A stretch of 64,000 bases of DNA, from assembly GCA_002269645.1 (NCBI GenBank), contig NIVC01000186.1:496001-560000 (forward strand). The letters run 5' to 3'. Shown here one piece after another: positions 1 to 11,363 of the stretch; the first letter of the stretch is position 1; each line of letters begins with the position of its first letter. The DNA is from Macrostomum lignano (Eukaryota). The notes below the pieces were generated by a model that worked only from the letters and a program-made list of their open reading frames with translations, made no database searches and was not told the origin of the DNA. The translations under genes were made by a program, and so were the position numbers.

Positions 1-483
1 TCGTTATCGCGATTATATTTCCAATTGTTTTGTTCAGCATTTTATTTTTTGTTTTTGTTTTTTTCTTTCTACGACGCCGCGGTTCGCTAGCCTGTTGCAG
101 TGCAGCCGCTCGGCAATCTAACGAAGCGGAGGCTCACGCCTTGAAACAGACTGAACAGGATGCGAGACATTCCGCAACTGCTGGAAAGGAGGATAAATTA
201 ATTGCAAATGACACGGATGATGCTGCAGCTCGAGCGTAATCTGACCCTCGCGGACTCGCTGTTCTATGCAAATCTGCGCTTGCGCGCGCCTTTTAACAGC
301 AACCCAACTTGGGTCCAAGCAACCCAAGTGTGTGCGTGTGCGTCTTGGTAGTTCTTAGGCTGCGATTCCTGATGTAATACGAGCGCTCGTATTCCCCATG
401 GAATTAGCGAGGCCACTCCGCTCCTTGAAGCGAACCTTAGGTCCTCTCGCACAGAAAGAGAATGCGACCGCGATTTCTGCGAC

Positions 484-972
484 ACAGCACTGAGAATCAC
501 CTATAGACAGCACTGAGAATCACCCATAGACAGCACTGAGAATCAGCCATAGACAGCACTGAGAATCAGCCATAGATAGAACTGAGAATCACCCATAGGC
601 AGCCTGAGAATCAGCCATAGGCAGCCTGAGAATCACCTATAGGCAGCCTGAGAATCACCCATAGGCAGCCTGAGAATCACCCATAGGCAGCCTGAGAATC
701 ACCCATAGGCAGCCTGAGAATCAGCCATAGGCAGCTTGAGAATCACCTATAGACAGCACTGAGAATCACTCATAGACAGCACTGAGAATCACCCATAGAC
801 AGCACTGAGAATCAGCCATAGACAGCACTGAGAATCAGCCATAGATAGCACTGAGAATCACCCATAGATAGCACTGAGAATCAGCCATAGATAGCACTGA
901 GAATCACCCATAGACAGCACTGAGAATCAGCCATAGATAGCACTGAGAATCACCCATAGATAGCATTGAGAA
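484..972. repeat. Minisatellite, 22-23 bp unit (C(A)CTGAGAATCACCCATAG(A/G)CAG)
   Basis: About 21 tandem units read directly; same family as the arrays at 3011-3715 and 9637-10314. Confidence 0.95.
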
Positions 973-1752
973 TAAACTACGAGTACGATCAATATAATAT
1001 TAATATTTTATTATATTTATTTATTTATTATAATTATAATATTAATATTAATAATAATAATAATGCATGTAAAATAATTATTTGCTCTGAATTTTATTTC
1101 ATTGCCTTTGCTCCTCTCTTGATTGCAAGGAAGCTTCTCTATTTCCTTGTTCAGCAAGCTAATTCTTGGATGATTTGCTAATATACTTGAATTTCATACG
1201 TGCCGTCTCTGCAGTGCCTAGTAATATAATTTTTGGATTAATTATTTCTTATTTGTAATATATAACAGTATAGTTCTAATATATTTTAATCATGGTAAGT
1301 TGTTCTGTACTAAAGTATTTTATAAGTAGTAGTAATTGTATTATATTAGTAATTTTATTATACAGTAATAATTATATTTGCTCACTTTAATTTTATTGAA
1401 TTGGGTTTCAAACACTTTGTGCTCACTTATTCAGTGTTAGAACACTTTTTTGTTTATTAGTATACAGCTCGTAAACGGTAAGCGCTACGTTAAATAATAT
1501 TGTTTTAATGAACAATTTTTTAGAAGTGAAAGGTACTCTTAATTAATTATTCGAGAATCGCCCATAGACAGCGCCTATTCCAAGAATCACACCTATAAAT
1601 CGAAAAATTATACCTAAAAAACTTTTGTCAGCATTGAGTCACAAAATAAAAAAATACACTTTATGCACTATAGTTTTTGGTAGTTACGAGTATATCAACA
1701 TTATTTTACCATGACCTTTGTGCCCGCTGGGCACTTATTCCTGCCTTGTAAA

Positions 1753-2005
1753 GCCATAGACTACATTTAAGCCCGCTTGCAGGAGTCAAACTTACTTTAA
1801 TTCAAATTAGCGGGCAGTTAATGGCATTTAAGGCCCGATTGTCTATTTCAAACTTACTTTAATGCAAAGTAAGTTTGTCATTAACAAACTTATGACATAA
1901 CTTATGACAATACTTATGACAGTACTTATGACATAAGTATGTCATAATGTCATTAACTGCCCGCTAATTTTGTCCCACTTTGTCAAGGACACAAATGTCT
2001 ATGGC
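1753..2005. mobile_element. Small palindromic, MITE-like element with nested inverted repeats
   Basis: Ends GCCATAGAC (1753-1761) / GTCTATGGC (1997-2005). Internal 23-bp inverted repeat 1804-1826 / 1948-1970 (22/23 match), plus further internal hairpins. No clear target-site duplication. Confidence 0.5.
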
Positions 2006-3010
2006 ACAATGATAGTAATACCAACGGCACCTTCTGATTTTCCCATTAACGCCCTTAAAGCATGGGCATTAATGTACTATTGTAACTGCGTGTGTGTTTC
2101 GAGCTTGAAATTAAACAGCTGCATGCAATATTGATAACATTTGCCTAAATGCTTTTAACTATTATGTAATAGGTTAGTACTTTTGGGTGATTAGTAAGAT
2201 TTTCCATGTTTTTGCCCGTGTTGGAACCGGTTCGCGCCTTTGTTAAAGCACTGCGCAGTTTTTTTGAAAACTTTAAAGCAATTTTTTAAATTGTATTTTA
2301 AGATTTAGTCCTTAAAGTTGATTATGAAATATGAACAGGAATTACCACTGGAACTTGCACTATCATCTTGCCACCAGTGAAATATACGATCGTCAGTTTT
2401 TTTAATCTAACTTTTATTAGAGTCTGAGAGTATTACAGAATCTGGTTCATCCCAGGATTATTAATCTTAAAAAATGCCACCAATGGATATCAATCGACTC
2501 AACTGACAGCAAAATATAAAATATGCGAAGGACATGCTTTGCTAGATATTTGTGTAGTTTTTTGTTGGCGCGATAAAAAAATCATGTCATGCTCGTATTA
2601 TGCTCCTCTGCACGTGTCTGCATGCTACATAGTGAATCAAATTCAATTTGTTATACATGTAGCATCAATAAAGTCTCTGTAATTTCAAAAAAATTTATGT
2701 GGCCTGATAAAGTACTTTTCACTGTACTTGTAACTTGTTTTATTACATTGCGCCTAATATAAGTATTTTAATCTTAGCAAAATATCTAACTCACTCCCAT
2801 CTATTTAGCTCTGTTATACTCACCTATTATTTATCGTTGTTATAGTGCTACTATGCCATTCCTAATAAAACAAAATTTTACCTAGGCGTTTTACAGTGCA
2901 GTTTGTGGTTGTTCTCATTTTGCAAACTGCACGTACTCGTAAGTGGCCTTAAGAATCATGTATAGCCATCATCTTGTTAAAGCATTTATCAGCAGCTTAA
3001 GAATTACCTT

Positions 3011-3715
3011 TAGGCAGCTTAAGAATGATCCATAGGCAGCCTGAGAATCACCCATAGGCAGCCTGAGAATCACCCATAGGCAGCCTGAGAATCACCCATA
3101 GGCAGCCTGAGAATCACCCATAGGCAGCCTGAGAATCACCCATAGGCAGCCTGAGAATCACCCATAGGCAGCCTGAGAATCACCCATAGGCAGCCTGAGA
3201 ATCACCCATAGGCATCTTGAGAATCACCCATAGGCATCTTGAGAATCACCCATAGGCATCTTGAGAATCACCCATAGGCAGCCTGAGAATCACCCATAGA
3301 CAGCCTGAGAATCACCCATAGGCAGCCTGAGAATCACCCATAGGCAGCCTGCGAATCACCCATAGGCAGCCTGAGAATCACCCATAGGCAGCCTGAGAAT
3401 CACCCATAGGCAGCCTGAGAATCACCCATAGGCAGCCTGAGAATCACCCATAGACAGCCTGAGAATCACCCATAGGCAGCCTGAGAATCACCCATAGGCA
3501 GCCTGAGAATCACCCATAGGCATCTTGAGAATCACCCATAGGCAGCCTGAGAATCACCCATAGGCAGCCTGAGAATCACCCATAGGCAGCCTGCGAATCA
3601 CCCATAGGCATCTTGAGAATCACCCATAGGCATCTTGAGAATCACCCATAGGCATCTTGAGAATCACCCATAGGCAGTCCGAGAATCACCCATAGGCCAT
3701 GCCAAATCACCCATA
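3011..3715. repeat. Minisatellite, 22 bp unit CCTGAGAATCACCCATAGGCAG
   Basis: About 30 near-identical tandem units. Confidence 0.95.
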
Positions 3716-4210
3716 TTGGTTTCTCAAAATGAGAAATTTGTTGAACGTTAGGTTTATGTTTTAAGGATTGATAAACGGAAGGAGCTGCGGGACTTTATCG
3801 ATTTTCCAAAAACGTTCACTCCTCCCTAAAACTTGACTCGCTCTGCCTAAAAAAGCGATGTAAAACTGCTAATATACTCAACAACATTAAAAATTCCCCA
3901 CCTTTTAAGGTGCGCAGTAAATTCCAGCTCAGTATTGACTTTTGAGTGACGCAACTTGCGCCACGCGACGTAGAGTTGGGCTGGGTGAGGAGAGATTGGA
4001 AAGAGCGGAGGGCGAAGATTGGATGGATTGAAGCTTGAACATGGATTTTGTCTTGCTTGAAAAAATCGCTGGCCATGCGATAGACAGTGGTCGAAAGGCA
4101 CTGCTCACTGAGCAAAGGGTGGCGACTTTTCAATGTTGCTGAGTATACTTCAACAAATTAATTCTCGATTATTTGCGTATTAATCGCTTCTTCGCATTTA
4201 TTAACTCCAG

Positions 4211-4556
4211 TGCTACTGATAACAGACAGAGCCGCGACCCTGGAGAATTTGATCGAGCGCTGTACGTTGACAGTACGTTGAAATTAAAGCCAATGTCGAC
4301 AACAGTATCCACTAGTGTCAACCTACACCATCCTCCTACGTCTGAAGAGGCTAGTTTTGCTATTGCGATAATCATTGGCGCACTAGTTGTTTTATTCGTT
4401 GTATCGACAACGCTGATTTGTTACAAAGTGGCAAGGATAGTTTATAAGAGGCGCAACGCTTTTCCGCAGGTTAATAACACTGCACAAGTCGTAATGCCTC
4501 TTCGAAAGCATGCAAGCAATCCTGTGTATACTGCAAACAGTGTTTATGTAGTTTAA
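4211..4556 (+). CDS. Terminal exon of a single-pass (type I) membrane protein; upstream exons not resolved
   Basis: Acceptor ttaactccag at 4210. S/T-rich stalk, hydrophobic span FAIAIIIGALVVLFVVSTTLICY, basic stop-transfer YKRR, Tyr-containing tail. AATAAA overlaps the stop codon. Confidence 0.6.
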
Positions 4557-4681
4557 TAAAGGTCTCTTGCAGCCTAGTGTTGGCCTTTATGTTGGCCTAG
4601 TGCAGCCTAGCAGCTGAACTTAAAGCAAACAGATCTATGTGCATAGGTTTGGCCAATTAGGACTTCAAACCACATCGCGTA

Positions 4682-4800
4682 AACTGCTGCTGCTCAATAG
4701 TAAAATCAGCCCCAGAACCGTGAAGACTGGAGAAAATTTCAAATTTTGTCAGAGGTGAGCATTCAAAATATCTATCGCAAGATTGCTGACTACCTCAAGA
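4682..4800 (+). mobile_element. Degraded remnant of the Tc1/IS630-like element at 6072-6832
   Basis: AACTGCTGC..ATCAGCCCCAGAA and CAGAGGTGA..ATCGCAAGATTGCT match 6227-6355; translates as RGEHSK-IARLL vs RGEHPKDIARLL. Confidence 0.5.
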
Positions 4801-5023
4801 TAACAAATGTGCTTAGATGCATAGAGACAGAGCAGCTCAGTGGTAAACGCGCATCTGTATTGCACTTATTAGGCTTTTAACTTGATGTTCCAGAGTACAT
4901 TATACATCCTGTTGACTGTTTTTGTGTATTCGGTACTTCCGATGCTTTCTAATCATCAATATTTGGTAGCTATTTTTAACTGCCTACTTTTATTTTATTC
5001 TAGCATTTGTAATTTTTTACGAG

Positions 5024-5591
5024 AGGGCTGTCCGGAGTCCGGAGAGCACTTTTACTGTTGATTGTATCTCCTCATTAATGTAAACCGCAGGCCCAGACAT
5101 TTGGTGTTGATGAAAAGCGGTAAGTGTCTTCTTTAAAATAGTTTTTATTTCAGCGGCTTTGGATGAGCACTGTCAGAGATGTGATTAGTTGAGTAGAGCA
5201 AGGTCAGTTATGGACGTATAAAACCGCAAGCATCTACAAAAAATATCTGAATGGACGTCCATTTGACAGTTGAAAATTGAACAAGGGGCTGCTGTAGGTA
5301 GTCTCCCATTTACTGTATCACTTTTTGACCATAGACAACGAACGTGTGCAAAAAACCAATATATCGTAGCTGCACGTTGCTATTAGCAGATACGGGAGGT
5401 TGTGCAAATCTATGACTAACCTTGCTCTACTCAAATGACCATGTCTCTGAAACTGCTAATCCAAAGCCTCTGAAAGTACACTTATTTTAAAGAAGACGCT
5501 TGTCGCTTTCCAGCGACACCAAATGAGTGGGCCTGTGGTTTACTAACGATGAGCTGCGATCAAAAGTAACATTTCTTTCCGGACAGCCCTT
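5024..5591. mobile_element. MITE with about 190-bp diverged TIRs, probably mariner-derived
   Basis: 5024-5214 is the imperfect reverse complement of about 5408-5591 (AGGGCTGTCCGGA...TCCGGACAGCCCT; TTGAGTAGAGCAAGGT/ACCTTGCTCTACTCAA). The left end TACGAGAGGGCTG resembles mariner TA-CGAGGG termini. Confidence 0.75.
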
Positions 5592-6071
5592 TCAGTTATC
5601 TCTTTTGTACTTTTATTCTCAACACCACAGTATTAACATGATATTTTAAGTTTTTAATAATGACTTTATGGACATTGCGATAAAGGCTGTGAATAGCTAA
5701 GAAGATATAAATAAATAGTAAAGTATTCAATGCAGTATTTTTGCTTTTTAAAGATTTTACTTTGCGTGTTCTAATTTCTGTCCGATGTCTATTGCAGTGG
5801 CAATACTCTTATAGTTGAAAGTGTACTTAACAAACAAAATAGTCCTGCGGGGCTCGTCTGTCGGATATTTTCTAAAAGACCGATTTCATCTGACACATTT
5901 CTGGCTTCAAACGGCCTTTGGATTATCCAGTTTCATATGGAAAAAAAATTTTGTAATTTGTAATTCTACAAATTGAAGATTTTCTGATAGCACTAGTTTC
6001 TCTAATTTATTTAATTTTCAAAGCTACTATAAATTATCCAGCTACTTCTTTTTATTTTAGATTACATTTAA

Positions 6072-6832
6072 TATAGCTTTTTGCAGCCCATTTGGGCTTA
6101 CGCGCATTTAATTTAATCCAAGATAGGTTTGCCAATGTAACGGAGCTTTTGTCTATGGTAGCAAGGCTGCCACAGCGGCACTTAATCTGGTCCAACAAGC
6201 ATCAATTTGTCCATAGCTTCATTTGCAACTGCTGCGGAGGAGCAAGATCAGCCCCAGAATTGTGGACCATGCTAGGTTGTCGAACGTATGCCACTGGCTT
6301 GTGATCAAAGCACTCAACAGAGGTGAACACCCAAAGGACATTGCAAGGTTGCTAAATATAGAAGAAAGATGGTTTAAAGCATCCATCAGCGTGTTGAAAC
6401 CACTTCTGGCATAGGTCGCCTGTGAAAGGTGGCAATCGCTAAGGCAAGTTGCTAGAGACTCAGGTCCAACTGCTACTTAATGCAATTGAGACGAACCCTC
6501 TGTTGAAGTTGCACAAAATGCAGCAGCAGTTGAAGGAACAGTTCCAGTTGGTTATCAGACTTCGACTATGAGCAGAGCTCTGGAAAAGCGACTGAAAATT
6601 GCTGGTAGAGACTCTGACATTCCAGCGGTACGCAACAACCCTTAGGCGGTTGCGAGAAGGCAAGAGTTTGCCATTGGCTCACAAGCATTTGGACCAAATT
6701 GATGCCTGTTGGACCAAATTAAATGCCGCTGCGCCAGCCTTGCTACCATAGACAAAAGCTCCATTACTTTGACAGACCTATCTTGGATTAAATCGAATGC
6801 GCGTAAGCCCAAATGGGCTGCAAAAAGCTATA
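6072..6832 (+). mobile_element. Internally deleted Tc1/IS630-like DNA transposon
   Basis: About 143-bp TIRs (6072-6214 / 6688-6832) bounded by TA, with internal direct repeats TTGGACCAAATT. The interior encodes a frameshifted transposase N-terminus: GEHPKDIARLLNI..KGGNR*GKLLETQVQLLLNAIETNPLLKLHKMQQQLKEQFQLVI/STMSRALEKRLKI..IPAVRN. No DDE domain. Confidence 0.85.
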
Positions 6833-7030
6833 TTTAATATTCTTAGAGAGCTCTTGTCGGTCAATGTTGAAGTACTTCACTCTCTATGATGATAATGGTC
6901 CATATACTTGGTTTAGTGGTGTATGATTGTGGCAATGTACGGTAGATTGCTGTAAGAGACATACAGTAGGTCAGTTCAGTTAGTGTTCAATAATCAACAA
7001 TTATTCTGTATTATTTCAGCTTCCGCCAAT

Positions 7031-9113
7031 ATGAGGCTCCTTATTTGCTGCTTTTATTCAGCCTTTACTCTGTTTGCGGCCTGCATCCGTAAGTTTTGTT
7101 GTTGAATATTTGTTATTTGAAAAAGTTAATTAGTTCTCTTACACTCTGAGTTGGCAGCTCTATCTATATTTATTTATTATTTTACAGTGACGGTCAGATC
7201 GGAAGCTCAGCACTGTATGAATAGGATTTCGAAAGATATTAGCGTTGAAATCGGTGACGACAATCCACAGCGGGTAAATGGCTTAATTGCACAATTGTCC
7301 TCAGCCTCAGTTAGTTTTGTTGTGTGCTCAAGGCTTGAATGCTCATTGAGCTGACTTAAGTGACAATGTACTAATAGATATAAAAATACGTAACTTAAAT
7401 TTACGGCCATGCTAAACACAATACTTCGAAATTTTACGCTTATTATTCTACGCTTCAGGTGATGTCATTTGTTCGAGACAAGCCAGGCTACCAGGTGAAC
7501 CTGCAGTGCAAGTGGACTCTGCAGCCTGCCAACTACGATAATTCGAGGCAGATGTACATTCGGGTGCCCGTTATCGACTTCGACACCAACGATGTGTCTG
7601 AGGCTCAGTGCAATATCTCCAATCCAAGGGTCGATATTCTTACATTTTCACTGAAGCGAAATTTGAGTACGTGGCTTCTAAACTATAATATTTTTAATGC
7701 GTGGTTACTATTTAAAATGATTAAAGCAGAGTTCGGGTGCTTTTCAGGGGAACGGGAGACTAATCCATGTAATGGACGCCAGAGTACGTACATGTCGATG
7801 CAGACTTCGGGTGAGTAATTTGTGCGATTCTTTGTTTCATTTTCATTCATTTGAATTCAACTGCTTATTCTAAGCTGCAACATTGGGTCCTGTCTGGTTT
7901 GCAGCCGAAGAGAAGCCACAATACATGTGCTCAAGCAAGTCATTCAAAATCAAGGAACAAATCGTGAACTTGTGGGACCCGTGAGTGTCTTGAAACATCT
8001 GTGATTTTTGTGCATCATGTGGAATGGATTCTGGTATTTGCTCTCTTACCTTTGCTCAGGTCGTACAAGCTGGCTTTGGAGTTCCGCTCTGACGATAAGC
8101 AAGTCCGGTCCAACGCCAAGGGAGTGCAGGTGGATGTGCAGGTGCTGGGCAGAGATTATTGCCACAGGACCATGCTGTTCTTTGAGGGCTCCTGCTATCT
8201 GATAACACCTGAGCTTGCACCTGCTGAGGCGTTCAACATCTCGAAGAATTACCTTGGCAACGTCTTTACTGTTCCTAGAAACAGAAACGACTCAGAATTT
8301 TTCCGTCCGTTCATTCAGCGAAGTGAGCCTTTAACATTGCTAAACATAGCTGTATGTATCTGCTAGTGGATTTTGGGCAGAGCATCCTGTGTCTGCATCG
8401 CGTATTGCACTAGCTGATGTAGTAGCTATTTACAGTTCTCTAACTGGAATGTTTTGCACTTCAGACAACGAGAGAAGCGGTGAGTTCCCATTTGAGTCTC
8501 CGCTGTCCCTGGTCGGCAGAAAGATGTGGACCGGCTACTTTGTGGATCTGCCAGCCCAGAGCCCCGTCAATTGCGCCCTGTTTATGAACCCGGCTAAGAA
8601 ATGCTGTCAGGAGAGGCGAAATATGACTGTGTGAGCTACCTTATAAAATATTTATCTCAGTTTTGTTGGATCCTGGCTTTGAATTTTTTTAAGATCATCA
8701 GTTATTGTCCCATTTTTACGTATTTTAGCTACATCAGTAGCACTATTAACCAGGCTGTGGAGCCAGTTTGTGCCGTTGCCATGGTGATTACTAGTGGTTC
8801 CCGTGTGAATTTCACCTGCGAATCGTTGAGCTCAAAGCTACCAGCTCTGATCGAGTTCAAGCAGATTCCCGCCACCAAAGGCGACACGCATCCGCAACTG
8901 TTCACCACTTGCGACACACTGCCGTCGTTCCGTCTGTGTCCAACAACAACTCGGCCTCAAGAGCAGCAGCTCAACAATCTACAGCGACAACAACTCAGTC
9001 TCCAACGTCAACAGTTGAGCCTGATGCAACAGCAGCTCAGCCTCCAACAGCAGCAGCTCAGCCTCCTGCTTCAGCAATTCAACCTGCAAGAGCAACAGCT
9101 CAACATCCAATAA
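7031..9113 (+). CDS. Secreted CUB + C-type-lectin-like protein, paralogue 1 (about 440 aa, no TM)
   Basis: Exons 7031-7088, 7188-7273, 7459-7666, 7730-7810, 7905-7980, 8060-8322, 8465-8630, 8729-9113; all GT-AG, total 1323 nt in frame. Signal peptide MRLLICCFYSAFTLFAAC; CUB motifs YQVNLQCKW..IDFD..C and LALEFRSD; CTLD-like start C..FFEGSCY. Confidence 0.85.
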
Positions 9114-9636
9114 CAAAAATACCGATGGCTTAGTCATCAAGAACAACAATCGTACTTCGTCGTACTTCGAAGTAATAATAATAATAATTGTTACCAACAA
9201 GAACAAGAAAAACAACAACAATAGCTTAGCCTCGAACAACTTGCCAGCCTCAAAAGTGTTTGTATACGAGTAGGAGACACAGTCCCATGCACTAAACTAA
9301 CTGCTTGGCGTTCCTTTGCGCACGTTGTAGAAGAGAAACTTAATCGGAATTGAACATGTCGTTTCTGCTTATGGCTTCAGAAGGAATCGAGCCCGTGTTG
9401 TGTTGTTGTTGTTGACCAATGCAATACGTTTTTTTGGTGTTCACTTTTGCTGTCTCGTTTTTACCACCTGTAATCTGTTCGGGCCTTGCCTTATTCAAGA
9501 TATTTTGGCTCCTGTCTGCATTTTTGTGTGGACTTCGCCAATTTTGATGCGTTCAAACTATACAGTATTTGCTTGTTTGAGAATGATTTATATTTTTTCA
9601 GCAACAGTGCAATTTCAATATTCTGTATTGCCTAAA

Positions 9637-10314
9637 GACATCCCTGAGAATCAGCTACAGACATCCCTGAGAATCAGCTACAGACACCCCTGAGAATCAC
9701 CTGCAGACATCCCTGAGAATCGCCTACAGACATCCCTGGCAATCGCCTACGGACATCCCTGAGAATCAGCTACAGACATCACTGAGAATCGCCTACAGAC
9801 ATCCCTGAGAATCAGCTACAGACATCCCCGAGAATCGCCTACAGACATCCCTGAGAATCAGCTACAGACATCCCTGAGAATCAGCTACAGACACTCTTGA
9901 GAATCGCCTACAGACATCCCTGAGAATCGCCTACAGACATCCCTGAGAATCAGCTACAGACATCCCTGAGAATCAGCTACAGACATCCCTGAGAATCAGC
10001 TACAGACATCCCTGAGAATCAGCTACAGACATCCCTGAGAATCAGCTACAGACATCCCTGAGAATCGCCTACAGACATCCCTGAGAATCGCCTACAGACA
10101 TCCCTGAGAATCAGCTACAGACACTCTTGAGAATCGCCTACAGACATCCCTGAGAATCAGCTACAGACATCCCTGAGAATCAGCTACAGACATCCCTGAG
10201 AATCAGCTACAGACATCCCTGGCAATCGCCTACGGACATCCCTGAGAATCAGCTACAGACATCCCTGAGAATCAGCTACAGACATCCCTGGCAATCGCCT
10301 ACGGACATTCTTGA
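9637..10314. repeat. Minisatellite, 23 bp unit CCCTGAGAATCAGCTACAGACAT
   Basis: About 29 units with the CTGAGAATC core shared with the arrays at 484 and 3011. Confidence 0.95.
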
Positions 10315-10819
10315 GGACTAACTATGAACGGATTTATTTTATTATTCTGACTTGCTAATAAATAAAATTTGTGTTAAAGTCTATGCTGTGTTTAGTCACT
10401 ATTGAAAACTGCTTGCAAAATCATTGGTGCTTCGCTAATCAGTAATATTCTTGATTTTTGAACTGATTTTTATTGACGATTAGCTTTTTAGTAATCTTCT
10501 ATTGCGCCAACTTTTTTGTGCAAGATCAGTAGCGATTTTTCAATCTATAAACATTTTTATAAAAAATAAAATTGATTTGAGCTATAATTTTTTTAAATCA
10601 GCTTGTTAGCGCTACTGTGGACTTATTTGTGTATTTTTCAAATAATGCAACCCTGAAAGAAAAAACGGGTTTAATATATATAGTATACTAATACTAGTGG
10701 TAAAGTGGTTTGCATGTTTTTAATCATTAGGACTTAAGAGACCTGACAGTTAAACGGAACAACAGTACATTGCTTCAGTGCTATTGATAATACAAGCTAC
10801 TAGAAGTTTCCAATTCAGA

Positions 10820-10970
10820 ATTTAAGCTCTTCTGTCACAGTTTAGATTTGCAAAAAAACCTTAAATTGGCCTGCGAAACAATGAGGACTGCGAGACCAAA
10901 GATACCTTACGAGAATAGGATTTGCCCAAAGTGCCATATAGGGGTAGAAATTGAAGCTCCTGTTAAGTGT
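10820..10970 (+). mobile_element. 3' fragment of a non-LTR retrotransposon (LINE) ORF2, Cys-rich C-terminal region
   Basis: LKLACETMRTARPKIPYENRICPKCHIGVEIE matches the L.iE.gR..kip...RiC..C...vE.E pattern at LINE ORF2 C-termini; the following His-Cys is lost. Confidence 0.6.
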
Positions 10971-11363
10971 ACTTTAACAGTACTCCCCGTGATAAATTTG
11001 AACAGGAAATCTCAGGTGAAGTTTCGAATTTTGAAAACCTCACTACAAGAGGATAAAGCATTTTATCTGATGACTCAAGAAGTTTGGGACACAATAGAAA
11101 GCAAAATTAATCAAAGACATGGCGCGAATTGGGCGGACGAATCACACGACGAGAGCGAAGGACACAAAAAAACGTAATTTAAATTGGCGGGAAAACAACA
11201 GCTCATTTAAACTTAAGAAAACTTAATTATTCCTAAAAAATGTTAACGATAAATGCGAAATAAATTAATAGAAACTAAAGCACATTTTTTTTAAATTAAG
11301 TATGTATAAATTCACATAGAACCTAAAAAATTTCTATTGCTGTTTCAGCTCTCGCATATATCT

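Noticed and set aside
30-239. ORF 30-239 as a coding exon
   Set aside because: It has a plausible acceptor at 100 but no recognisable domain or linkable exon in the window.
3765-4130. Upstream exons of the 4211 membrane-protein exon (a CUB-like SIDF-SD motif was seen)
   Set aside because: All three frames contain stops; similarity is too weak to call an exon or pseudo-exon.
11118-11200. E2F-like sites (GGCGCGAA, TTGGCGGGAAA) upstream of CUB paralogue 2
   Set aside because: Two short motifs with no TSS information; cannot be told from chance.
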